Assembly (NCBI RefSeq): GCF_964204645.1
Contig: NC_134034.1
Span: forward strand, 12,412,962-12,476,961
Length of the DNA: 64,000 bases
Source of the DNA: Tubulanus polymorphus
Lineage: Eukaryota > Animalia > Nemertea
Reading direction: 5' to 3'
The position numbers and the translations under genes were made by a program. Each line of letters starts with the position of its first letter. Position 1 is the first letter of the stretch. Shown one piece after another: positions 1 to 31,487 of this stretch. The notes below the pieces were generated by a model that worked only from the letters and a program-made list of their open reading frames with translations, was not told the DNA's origin and did no database searches.

Positions 1-117
1 GAGTTTTCCAGGATTTTTACAAAATTTGTCAAATTCCTGGATTTTTTCCTGATTTCTCCTAGATTTTTCTGTTCCCCCGAGTTTGCCAGGTCTGCGGCCA
101 CCCTGTCCTTTATCCAG

Positions 118-464
118 GCCACAATCAGATCGTTGTAAATATTTCCTGCATTCGTCTCCATTATGCAGGTCATCTAGAGGCGGCCGAACTGCTGACGATA
201 CGTGTGAAGAACCCACACGTCTGGGATATAATCGAACCCCACACACCGCCCCGGATTCAACTCGGTTTACAAACCCCGCAGCGTAAAAAGCTCGTCGACC
301 TCGATTCCAAACGCCTGCGCAAACGTGACAAGAAACTGGCGACGATGTCGATGGCGCCACCTAAGTGCGAACAGTTGAACCGCGTGTTTACGCCCAAGAG
401 GGAAATGGCGAGTGCCGGGAATTCACCGGTGATGACGTTTAAAGGTAGAGGCAAGTGTCGCTGA
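118..464 (+). CDS. Terminal coding exon of an unidentified upstream gene
   Basis: Acceptor ctttatccag at 117, then an open phase-1 frame HNQIVVNISCIRLHYAGHLEAAELL...TFKGRGKCR* with the CG-rich codon style of the other exons in this window, followed by an AT-rich 3' UTR-like region. Protein not recognised. Confidence 0.6.
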
Positions 465-2886
465 TTCTGTTTAAAAACCCGAGGATCTGGTTCCACTAGT
501 TGTGAGTTTACTAAGTTAAAATTAGTTCATTTTCAATGAGTTTTATTCAATGAGTTAACTCAGTGAAATGTGAACTCACAACTGTGGCACCGAGAAAGTC
601 AAAATGAACTGGATCCAGTTCCACAGTTGTGAGTTAGTATTAACTCTGAACAACTGTGAAACTGAATCCAGAATGTTAAATTAGTAACTTTTGATAACTC
701 GAATATTGTTATATAATTGAACATTCATTGAGAATTGTAATGTAGCAGACCAAAAATTCGTAATGAATTTTTTTGATTAATTGTATATATACGTGTGACT
801 AGAAAATAGCTCTGATTATTTTCAGTGTTGTAAATATTTGGATTTAATTTATTATTAATATATCTATCATTATTTTCATTGAATATTGACAACAACAACA
901 AAAAAACGATAGAAAAATAAAAAGACCCACAAAAAAAAACAATTCCTTAACTTTCGTTAAAAGTTTGTGAAGTTAGTGCAATCCAAGGCGATACTGTGAT
1001 ATTCCGTGTACAGAAAAGTTTGAAAAACACTCGACGTTTGAAGCAAAAACTGTGATATTTTGTAAAAAGTTCGATCGTATTTAAATAAGCGTTGAAAAAT
1101 TTGAATTATCATTTAATATCTCTAGGGTTCAAAAAGAGATTTGCTTTCGGTTTTAAGTTCCTTTGAAAACGCCTGGATTTGTTAGAATTTTGGGTCGTTA
1201 TTCTAGGGGGATGAATTATTTATTACCGATATTTATTCCGAAAATGTAAAAAGTTTTGCAAATATTTTTAGCGTGTATGGTTTTTAGGGATTTCCGCTCC
1301 CGAGTTGTGTCAGTGCGTGTGCGTGTGACTGTTAGGGGTATAGGTTAATTATTTATTTCTTTGTAGATTGAAAAATTAAGAATAATATTTCGAGACACAA
1401 CTTTTGCGTTCGTTATAGAATAAAGATTAGATATGTTAAGTTTTGAAAGTCAGGCTTAGTGAGGGTAAATAGTGCAATAAAATCATATGCTAGTCCCAGT
1501 TTCCGTAGTTCGATAAAAATAAATTAAATATGATAAATTATTTATCTGTAAGTAATTAATAAATTATTAATAGTTATAAATATTAGTATAATTGATTACT
1601 ACGTTTGTAAAAGGGTCTTACCGGTATTTTCTTGTTATATGAATGATAATATAATGAAGTAAAGTAAGTTATTGAATTCGTCGTTAAATGGTTAAATATT
1701 CCAAACAAAAACAATGTTGAAATTATTATTTAGAAAGAAAAAAATCCGTAAAAATGCAATATTTCCTGCTTGTCGTTCATTTTTTCTCTGGAGTCTCGGG
1801 ATTTTTTATCCCTGAAAGACTGTCCCAATTCAATCGGACCAGTTAAAACGAAAATATTTTCTGGTGCCCTGAAGCCGATTGTAACAAGGTTCCGCTATTT
1901 AGGCCCGACCCAATAGTACAGGTACCCCTATTTCACGTACGAGGACATACATAAATATCTCAAGTAAGCCTACCCCTATACTGTAGCTAGTTAAGACTTT
2001 CAAATGGTTAATTCAGCTGCCTACAGCGTCTTGAAACATCCTTCACGCCAAGGCGTATTCACCGGTAGACGAAAAAAACTTTACAAATCGGAAACTGTTT
2101 CGAGACGCTACGTTTATTATTTTCGTACGATTTAACTAACACGCTGATCTCTAGAACGGGCTTAACAGAGAGTACCTGTTCATACTAAGTAGAAAATAGA
2201 TAACAGTTTATGAGATTACAGAACTCGCCCCCCCCCTCCACCGCTCTTAACGGTCTACGTTCTCGGCGTTTAATTTCAACAATCGCCGAGTGTTGAAAAA
2301 TACGTATGTTTATATAGTAAGTAGAAAAGCAGTTGCAGTTTATAAGATTACAGAACTCGCCCAGCGAGTACCCGAAACAATCAGATTCTACAGATCCTCG
2401 GCGCTTAATTTCAACAATCGCCGAGTGTTGCAAAATAAAGAACACCAATCGAACTGCCTGTGAAGGGCAAGTAGCTTTTGGAGGGGGCAAGTAAAATTTC
2501 AGATATGCTTGCCCCCCGGGCAAGTGGATTTCATTCCTTAGATCGGACCCGGAAATACATAGGCCTATAAAAGACATTGTCATGAAATGAGGTACGTTGA
2601 GTATGCGCGCCTCTTAAATGCATTACCTTTACCCGCATCACAAAATCTACTGTATTCATTTGTAAAACTAAATTAAACAAAATTTCGCAATTCTATCACT
2701 TTCAGAATTGACTATTCTCTGAATTTTGAACGAACAACACAAAATGTTTTCAACTCTATCGCGGTCAATATCTGCGACTCGCGGAATCACTTTCGCCGAA
2801 TGTTGATGTTTGTTTGAAATGCGAAGAATAACAAAGTTTAAAGCACATAATTACTGTTCAAATCCTCTTCGATGAATTTTTTCGAA

Positions 2887-12609
<9,723 letters not shown>

Positions 12610-15172
12610 CGTTCTACGTCACCTTTTTATCAACTTTTAACCTCCGGTTGTTTTTAGGCGTTTTAACCAGTTAACGTTCTAAAAATTCTTTTTCCTATTT
12701 ATCTGAAATAGAAAGAAGTCAACGTGTGACGTGGCAAAACTACGCAATGAATCGCGAGAGACGAGTAGAATGTTTAAGTCCCACAATCTCAGGATCGAAA
12801 AAGTTTTTTAAAAATCGAAACTATTAGAATTGATTAAAATTCCTAATTTTCGGTTTTATACTAAAAACCATTTTCAAGAGTATTGAAAATTATTGCATTG
12901 ATTAGAAGACATTTATGTCTTATGATGGTGATGGCGGCAGGTCGCGGGTTTCGGCCTGGTCCCTTGTCGTGTGAATGGTTTGGTAATGCTGGTTGGGGTA
13001 GGTTCTGAATGTTCAGGCCAAGCAGATGCTACACTGTAAGGCTGGGCCTGTGTACTAAGTTCCCTATGGACTATGTACACTTTCTTTTTCGCTCGGTCGA
13101 TGCCAGTCAATGAGTCACACTCAGTCATATGCTCGCTGGTTTGTTTGGGGTGCCTTGTGTTGTATGTATTTTGTTGTGGCCTCCTTTCTTAGGCTGCAGT
13201 GAAGGATATATATTTTTACCATCAGTGTTCTATCTGAAACTTGTAGAACGGCGCTGATTTAGTTGTCAATCAATCAGTATTTAATTACGGCTCTATTTCA
13301 AAACTGACTGCGACGCGGTTTCACTCAGAACGGCGCATGAGTGTCGAGGTGTCTAACGTAAGAAACGAATATTTGAAAACTCGCTTGCCAGTGCAAGTTA
13401 AATAGTAAACTCACTTGCCAGTGTTAGCTTTAGGGGGTTAAACGCATGAAACGAAAATACAACATTGCGATTCTACTGATTTTCCTACCCGAGTAATCGA
13501 CAGCGTTCAAATTTAATCCTAGCAAAAAAAAGTCATAGATTTAATGGATTAAATCAGACTTGCGACATTTCTGTGAGTTCGAAGGCACTTTCGCAACTTC
13601 AGTAGAATTTTTGGACAATAGTCCAGGCAATTGAAGTCCAATTCAGAGGCACAAAACACTTTTTTATAATCTAATAGCCGCATAAGAACCAAGTCGAGAG
13701 GAGACAAGTCACTTTAACCACAAATTCTTGGGCAAAATAGGATCATGGATGGTGGACACAATGAAGTGAAAAAGTCAATCTTCCCATTCTTTACTAAAAA
13801 CGAAGACAGGGTCCGATCTAAGGAATAAAAGCCACTTGCCCTCGGGCAAGCATATCTGAAATATTACTTGCCCTACACTCAGTCCAACTGCTGTGTCGAT
13901 TGGGAAAAAGCTTCGAGATACATAAATGCACCAGCCCTGAGGTAAAGTGATAAAAACCTACTTGCTCTAATGATAATATGCTAGTGGACCCTGGAATAGG
14001 GACTGAAGTCCTAAGTGATATCGTTTGCCTTTCTCTAAAACCAGAAAACAACTAAATCATCAAACTTCTTTTTTGGTATGAATATCAGATGTATTTTCCA
14101 TAAAAAAAGTTGTACACATATTACTAATAAAACACGGGGGGCAACGTGACGATATCATCACCGTTTATCAGTTACCAGTAGCGGCTGTACAAAATATCGT
14201 ATCAGGTTCAAATCAATCGCGAAATTATCGAAAATAAATTCCTACCATCACGTTGCTATCATAAATGCACAAATTACTAAATAACCGTTTATACACTATC
14301 GGTAGATTTTCTTCTATTATTTCATCGTCCAAATTGAATTCGTAAATATTTCGATAATAAAACGCACGTCTTTCTTTTGCAGCCCTCGTACAAAGCCTCC
14401 AGCGAACTTCAACTATTTTTTTTTGTTAAGAACAAGCACAACATAAATTTTTTATTTCACATTTCCTTTTTTACACTCAACAATTGATACGCCAGCATTA
14501 TTGATAACGCACAGGACTATCGTCGCGAGGACAGACAGAACACGGCCTGCCCGGTTTATTTCACCGGGACAATTCTGTTTCTCGCTTACAAATGAAATTA
14601 GGTTTTAATCTAGAGGACTTTTTTCAATCTAGTCTCCGACGATGGACAGACAAGCTTCGATACTTTTCGCGCCAGCAAAAATATTAATAACCGCGGGCTC
14701 AGTTTACATTTAAAAGTTTTCTGAATTAGAGACTGAATAATAAATCTGATCCCGCAAAAGAAAACCGACTCCGCTCCGGACGAGAGTAAATTACTCGGTC
14801 CAACCGGCTGCGTTTTATAGCAATTGCGTCTTATAAACAATACCCAAATATGTATCAGTATTTATATATATATATATACAGATCCGTTATTTTACACGTC
14901 CGCGTCTCGAATCCGCGCGACCGACGTTGTGGGAGAAAACCTCGGAAAATCGCTGCGCGCGAAATCCTACCCCGGCTTAAACCGATCGAATCCCGCCGCG
15001 AGCACATGCGTGTGTGTGAGTACACCGGTGTTATACGTGCCGATATCGATATGTTTGTTTTTTTTTCTCCGATTAGATTTAATTCTCGTCGCGTCGATTC
15101 GTTTTTTCCCAAAGTTTCTATGTTTTCGTGTAGTGTTTTGTTTAAACGTCTGTTGGATGTCGTCGGTCGTCC

Positions 15173-17233
15173 CTAGTGATATTCTTTACAGCCGCCGCCC
15201 GTCTGCTCATGAAACACTTCGATTACGTCATCTTTCACCAGCTCGAGCTGAAATAACGAAAAAATATAAGATTTCATCTTCAACTGCCGAGGCCGGTAAG
15301 TCTCCTTATGGTTGAGCAGAAATGGAATTGGCAGGGAGGGAAAATTATAAGGCCAAGGTACAGAAGAAAAGATAAAGCATTCCTCGGGTAAAGCTAAGGC
15401 CTCTATTGGGGTTCCGTCCTCGGTTGTAGATAAAACCTGACCCCGAGACTACCCCCGCCCAAAATCGGCCCAGGGATCATTCATTTATTATTTACGCATT
15501 AAATTCGCCTCTTCCAACCCCCCTCCCCCTCTGTACGCAAAATCGACCATTTTTAGTATATATTAAGCATTACAGTACACAATTGCACTGACCCCTCCCC
15601 CTGCCCTAATGCGTACGTAATAAATGAATGATCCTGGCGGTATTCCAGTTCTGTGATTGATGCCCCCTTCCGTCTCCAGGGTGAAAATCTGAGGCATAGA
15701 CTCCAGAGTAAAATGAGCCAATCGAAAAAATATAACAATTGCTGACTCAAAAGTAGAAATGACTCTACCCGGGGCGGATCTTGCAAAATTTGAAGGCCAG
15801 GATCAAGAAGAAAATGCATTTCTTGGACAACGCAGCCAAGTCAAGGCCGCTAGCCTCTCATCCTCAGTGGTAGTTGCTTTTGAAAATATACCCGAGTCAA
15901 ACCCCGATATACCGCCCACATCGGTGCAGAACGATTTCGGCCGAATAGATGGCAGTATATCGGGGGTGTTTTACTACGTATTTGTATAGAGATGTACATT
16001 GAGAAAACCTGGCGGTAGGCGGCCGTATATCGGAGGTTGAATGACAGTAGTTCCCAAGAGACGAAATTCCCGAGAAGAATTTTTTTCAGTTTTACCAATC
16101 TCTGTCATGACGAAAAGCGCCTTATTGACCACCGCCCAAGTCAGCCCCCGAAAGCCGTTTAGCCGTTGCAAAATTGATGAGAGACAACTTTTAAGGCGAT
16201 AAATACTAACCAGTTTCGGCGTATCTGTGTCGTTTATTCTTGTTCCATCGAACAGAAACCTGAGACTGCTAACCGGGATACCCTGTAAATCAACCAGAGA
16301 AAAACAGTTTTAACCATAATTGTGAACCGACTCTTTCCCCCCTACAAAACGTCTAAGGGAACTCGACAACAAAGGGTTTTTACCAATCAAGGAATTAAAC
16401 ATTCCCCGACGTTAGTTTCCTAAATCTAATCATAAGATATCCTCAGTGAGGGCCGTTTCTTCTCAAGAGGTTCCTTGTGCCACAAGCAAGAACAATAATA
16501 AGACACCAAAAATTCAAATTCCCCGATTAAATTATAACGTATCCTCAGTGTGGGCTTTTTCATATCAAAAGGTTCTTTCATACAGCAAGACATCAACTGA
16601 ACTTCCAGAACTGGCTTCCAGAAATCGATAAGTCAGAATTCCAAATAAATCCGAAATTCCTTGATGCCTGTATATTCACAGTGATATATATATATATATA
16701 TATTTTAACGACATCTTACCGTTCGTTCACTGTATGACTTTTTCAGTTTACCCATCTGCGTCGTCATCTTCACCCGGAAATGAATTTCATTTTGATCCTG
16801 CCAAAAAATACAGAAATTGTTTACACAAACATCCAGCACTATTTTTTCCCCTGGGGTGGGTCTTTAGGTTTGGGATGCAGAACACACTAATTTTCAGTCG
16901 AAATTTCAGTCGAATCTCGACACAAAATCAGGTTCAAACTTTACATTCTTGTCTCTAGAAAATCTTAAATCGTTACGATTGTAAACCTAAGACAAGAAAT
17001 CACGAATCTAAAACGGAACATATCACAACGAACATGTATTACAGTGGCGACATGGTACCGACCTGTGCTACAACTTTCAAATTGATGTACTCAGTTGGCG
17101 CCTCAGTTTTACCACCGTCCTGAAAATTCAAATGAATCAAAATGTAAATTTTTCTCATCCAGTAAAAGTCGGCGACGTTCTCGTCGAAATCTGAGTATTT
17201 TCGCCTTTTTTTACTGACCTGTTCTCCTGACAT
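15173..17233 (-). CDS. SUMO1: Small ubiquitin-related modifier, SUMO1-type, 5 coding exons
   Basis: Exons 17233-17219, 17119-17063, 16797-16720, 16282-16211, 15247-15173 give [98 protein letters not shown]. EIHFxVKMTT and EQTGG are SUMO1-type features. Confidence 0.92.
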
Positions 17234-18099
17234 TTTGCGGCTTTTATTCGATATTCCACACGCACGGCGTTAGCTGGAAAGATGAAGGGAATAATGACAA
17301 AGGCTAATGGACTGGTGCCGGCTCCGCGCGGTATTACGTGGTATTACCGTGCGGAACCAGTCCAAGAAAAGTAATATTCATTAAGCCGCTTACCCGCGGT
17401 TTGAAGGGACATTTTCACGCAAAATGTACTTATTTGGGCCATGAATTAGTGTCGATTATCCGAAATTCCTACTCAAAAACGTTAGAAAAGGGTTAAATAC
17501 AGATTTAGTAAATGACAGATGGCAGCACAAGACGGTCAATCACTCGTAATACATTGACTTACATTTGAAATCCGAGAAGGGCGTTGATTGGCTAGTCGAG
17601 TAATTTATCACGAGTTAGGCACGTGATGGAAAATAATTTTGCCTAAAATATAGGTCAAACTACAGCAATGGCGGGAAAATTTAAATTAACTTAGATCCAA
17701 AATGAAATCTAAAAGATGGTCCTCTTCTCCAAATGCAACGACCTACAGAGAATATGTAAAAAAGAAGATTTTTTATAAATCCGCATGGAATGAAAGATTA
17801 GAATTTCTCCCACGGGGTGGTTTTTGGTCATTTACAAATCCCTCCTGCCCCCTCCCCACAGTATTCCACGGGATCTAGGTTTTCATTGCATCACGTTTGA
17901 TAATAAACACCGAAAGCATTTATCCGAATTTCCTGATTCTCTTCTAGATTTTTCTGATTCCCTTAGTTTTCCAGGTCAATGACCACCCTGTCCTGGAATG
18001 AAGTCGTTGGTCAGTACTTTCAGAAAATAAGAAAAAAAACAAACAAAATTTCTTTAGATGTTGGAAAATATTTATTTGTTACTCTTTCTAAACATTGAT

Positions 18100-19578
18100 T
18101 CATTCAGTAACATCGGTTTTAGATTTTTTATTTTTCGAGCGTTTCGCCAGTTTAAATTTCTTCTTTCGTTTCTCCGCCTTCCTCTTCATCTCCGCGTCGG
18201 GATCGAGTCCGTCGAGGATCATCTTTTTGCGTTTGTTAATTTCGCGTTTTTCGCCGAAGTCCTGTTCGTCGAGGTAGATCTCGGCCTCGCGTCGCGACAC
18301 CGCGACCTCGGTGACGATCTTCGCGATCGCCGCCTCGTCGACCGGATACTCTAACAGTTTCGTATTAACATGCGCTTCGATCGCGTGGACTAGTTTAACG
18401 TCGAATTGCGTAACAAGCGAGACGGCCATCCCGTTCCGACCCGCTCGAGCCGTACGCCCGACCCTGTGAATATAATCCTTCGGTTTATTCGGAATGTTAT
18501 GATTAATAATCAAATCGACTGACGGAATATCTAAACCGCGCGACGCGACGTCCGTCGCGATCAGGATCTTCACTTGTTGCGATTTAAACCGTGCTAACGA
18601 CGCGAGGCGTTGACTTTGAGGGATCATCGAGTGCAGAACGACGACGTCGAATCCGAGATCGCGGCAGATCATTCCGAGAATCTGACAGTATTTACACGTA
18701 TTCGTAAAGATGATCAACGCGCTCGCCGCGTTCTGTTCGATATACTCGTGTATCACGTGTATCATATACGCGTCCTTCACCTCGGCGGGCATCAGAACGT
18801 ATCGTTGATCGAGCTGTTCAACGGTCGCCGTCGACGCCTTCGAGAACCACGTGAACGGTTTATTCATCGCGATTTCCGCGAGTTCCCGCAACGTTTCGCT
18901 CATCGTCGCGCTGAATAGCAACGTCTGCCGTTTCGCTGGCAACGCGCCGAAAATCGTTTTCAACTGTTCGCCGAAGTCGTCCTCGAGCAGACGATCGGCT
19001 TCGTCCATGATCAGAAATTTGATCTTCCTCAAACTGAAATTCGTCCCGGTCGAGATGTGGTCGGCAAGTCGACCGGGCGTCGCTATGACGACGTGTGGAC
19101 GCTGGACCAGATCGAGACCTTGTCGGATCATGTCGCGACCGCCGGTGATCACGACGTCTTTCAATCCGATCGGACGACCGAGAACGCGGAATTGTTCGGC
19201 GACTTGAAACGCCAGCTCGCGAGTCGGAGTGATCACGAGCGCGAAGATACCGTACGGGTCCTCGCAGAGTTTCTGTAAAACGGGCAGCGCGAACGCAGCC
19301 GTTTTACCGCTACCGGTCTTAGCGCAGCCGATGCAGTCGTCGCCGTTGACGATCGGAGGGATACAGTTGCGCTGAATCGGCGTTGGGCGTTTCATCCCGA
19401 CCGCGAGGCATTGTTTAACGAGCCAGTCGTTGAGTCCTAGCGACGAAAATAAACCGGCTTCGAAACTTGAACAATCCTGTTCAGCATCGGTAGTACTGGG
19501 TACAGCGACTACGGCGCCATCTGTCGTTTCTGGCTGAACGCCGTCTTCACTTTTTTTATTTTCTCTTTTTTTAGGCAT
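18100..19578 (-). CDS. DDX49: DEAD-box RNA helicase DDX49/Dbp8, single coding exon
   Basis: 492-aa uninterrupted ORF with [51 protein letters not shown] and the DDX49-like tail DFGEKREINKRK. Confidence 0.95.
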   Translation of the reverse strand: MPKKRENKKSEDGVQPETTDGAVVAVPSTTDAEQDCSSFEAGLFSSLGLNDWLVKQCLAVGMKRPTPIQRNCIPPIVNGDDCIGCAKTGSGKTAAFALPVLQKLCEDPYGIFALVITPTRELAFQVAEQFRVLGRPIGLKDVVITGGRDMIRQGLDLVQRPHVVIATPGRLADHISTGTNFSLRKIKFLIMDEADRLLEDDFGEQLKTIFGALPAKRQTLLFSATMSETLRELAEIAMNKPFTWFSKASTATVEQLDQRYVLMPAEVKDAYMIHVIHEYIEQNAASALIIFTNTCKYCQILGMICRDLGFDVVVLHSMIPQSQRLASLARFKSQQVKILIATDVASRGLDIPSVDLIINHNIPNKPKDYIHRVGRTARAGRNGMAVSLVTQFDVKLVHAIEAHVNTKLLEYPVDEAAIAKIVTEVAVSRREAEIYLDEQDFGEKREINKRKKMILDGLDPDAEMKRKAEKRKKKFKLAKRSKNKKSKTDVTE

Positions 19579-20537
19579 GATTCAGACTTAAAACATCTTC
19601 CAACATCGAATTCTAGTTTTCAAAGAGAGACATATTAACGTTTTGTTGCGGTTATTCAATGTTTCGGGGTCGTTCAATGGTTATTTTTGGTATTTAAACG
19701 CTACTTTCAGCTGAACGCGGAAGCGTGGACTTCGGAATAATCTACCGCACCACCATCTCGCGGGCAGCGAACTGAACTGTTAGGTGGCAGCACCAGCTTG
19801 GCCGAAACATTTTTTGTCGTTTCCGAAATAACCCCTGCCTAAATCATGCTATGTACCGACCATACCAGTTTAAGTTAGTAATACACCGTCGACATCGGAC
19901 AACTCAACTACGGCAGAGTTTTAGTTTCCTAGACGAAAGAATTCTCCATCATCCTCAAAAAATAATAGATTTCCTTTGAAAAAAATTAAAAAGTTCTCAA
20001 CTTCAAAAAACCCAAAAATCCAAATATCTTTTGAGGTTGGATCCAAATCACACAAGACAACACGATTATTCCTTGTTTTATATACATCGAGTATGCATTT
20101 TAATTCATCAAAGTAAATCTTCATTACAAATATTTCTTTTGTACAAAAATTTACACCCGCGTTCCCTCTTTCAGCCAGGGTTCGATAGCCTCCTCATCAA
20201 AACCCTGGCAAGCGAGGATGTCTTTCGGTAAAAATACAAGCATAGTTGAGACGCATCAAAAATAGACGCCCGTGTCCATTAACCCATGACTGTTACCGTG
20301 ACAATTAATAACATCATTGTTCAAATGACATCATAAGGGGACTAATTACGAGTAGCCATTTTCTATGAGAAATTTTGACATTATTTCAATGCATTTTGCT
20401 ACAAAAACCTCTTTTAAAGAGAATCGTCGTAAAAACTTAATTTCAACGTCACTTTCGAGAAACGTCAAAACAGTTTCTTCGACCGTGGCGAAAAACTGGC
20501 AAAATAATCCTGTCCGAGTCGCGCTCCGCGGGAAAAT

Positions 20538-29823
<9,286 letters not shown>

Positions 29824-30193
29824 TTCAAACAGCTCCCTCTCTCTGCAGAAAAATGTACCGTCGTTTTTATTATATGAATATTCAAAATCCAATTGAACCA
29901 GGATTATCGTAGGCCTAGTTTCATTATGACCCCCCTGCCCATCCTGCTTTGGTGTCAGCACTGGCTGTGTGCGTAAGTAAGGCATCGACATGGCAGCATC
30001 TCTTCAACCAAGTGCTGGCAAGAGCTCCAGTGACTGAAGTCGGTATTCCCAACATATCTGTCGTTTTTAACTGATTTTGAGCCTGGACTTCAATTTTTGT
30101 GAGGGACAGGGGGACGGGAAGGGTGTTTGTTGTAAACACATTAAACAAATCCTCAGTCTTTCTGACCACGCACCACACGGTACTTCTACTCAC

Positions 30194-30385
30194 GATGCGT
30201 TATTCTGTGTTTGGACCCGAATTTCAATCTTTAAACAGGTTCATTTTAGTCCCAAAAACGCAAAAACCCGTCTACGATTCGATTCAATTCAATTCAATTC
30301 AACTTCATTGCAACTACAGCAGTAAATGTCGGATTTGGACTTTGAGTAAGCGCCGGATTTGGCTTCTGGTTAGGCTGCGCGACCT
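30194..30385 (-). promoter_or_regulatory. Probable DDX42 non-coding exon 1 and promoter
   Basis: The DDX42 ATG exon has an acceptor at 29845, so an upstream exon is needed. A GTGAGT donor lies at 30193. Two CGGATTTGG motifs (30330, 30354) resemble those upstream of AVL9. Confidence 0.45.
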
Positions 30386-31487
30386 TGTTCAATGACTTGT
30401 CTGACTTATCACAACTAGTATCCTCATGGACAGACTGACCCTGTACGCATGATTTGATACCGCCATACTCTTTGACCAAAATCAAAAATGGGATGAGTAA
30501 ATTGGAACAAGAAACGAAATTCTAATGGACTTTCCTAAATTTACAAGATGATGTACCGTTTAAAACAAATTATTTTTTTTTTCCAGATTATGAGTGGTTA
30601 GCATGAAGTTTTTGGCAGAATTTCAGAGGATCGGTGCTCCAAGTAATTAAAAAAGCTTATAGGTCTCCCCTCAATTTAATCAAGGAGTTTTTTTAATGCA
30701 AATCTGTCTATTGACAGGTGTGATTAACGAATGGTGATTAATCACGAATACATGGTATTAGTGGGTTTTCCCTCAATGACTCAAATAGACCGCTTTCCTC
30801 GTGCATTGTGTGAGTTAGTTATCTCGGGGTGCATGAACTGTCCTTACGTAGTTGTGACGAATAAACTAATTTCATTAGTAAATGCGGTTTCTATTATATG
30901 GAGACCTGTGTTGGTGTGAATCTTTAACTGAAGTGCTATCGGTCGGTATAATTTATAAATCATTCTAGAATTTAAGAAAAAAAAAACAGGCGGCGGCTTA
31001 TAAATTCGGAAGTAGCTGTTGGGAAACAAGTACGTAATTTATATTATTTCATGGCCTTATTAAAGTTCCTCCACTATATTGTTCAGCTGACTACTGGCGC
31101 GTATTCAACCCGGCGGTGGAACCTTTCATAATGTAAGCCCATTCAACAATAGAGACACAATAGCGATTTTTCAGAGTTGTTGATATCATTCTGACACGCG
31201 CTATTGAATACGTCACCGGCTGACCACGGTGTACACAAGCATAGACCATTCACCTCTGCACACTCACACTGTGAACATGCTACCGTGGATTCTCCTCCTG
31301 GCGATTTTCGCTGCGCTCCCGCTCCTGTTCCTGCTTCCTGAGGAACGACGTCTTTATGTTTTATGTGTTACTGTTCGTCTCTGTACTGTCCTGTACTGTT
31401 CCGTGTTCATTAATCCGTTCTTTTTTCCAGGTTCTAACCCGTTTTATTTTTCAGGGCCGATTTCTCTGTCGAATTTCAATGTTTGCT

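Noticed and set aside
2189-2437. Duplicated ctcggcg/cgccgag hairpin as a Helitron 3' end
   Set aside because: No CTRR terminus or matching 5' end found; only a two-copy local repeat.
18058-19278. + strand ORFs overlapping DDX49 (and similar ORFs over AVL9 exon 8)
   Set aside because: Antisense or alternate-frame shadows of CG-rich coding sequence.
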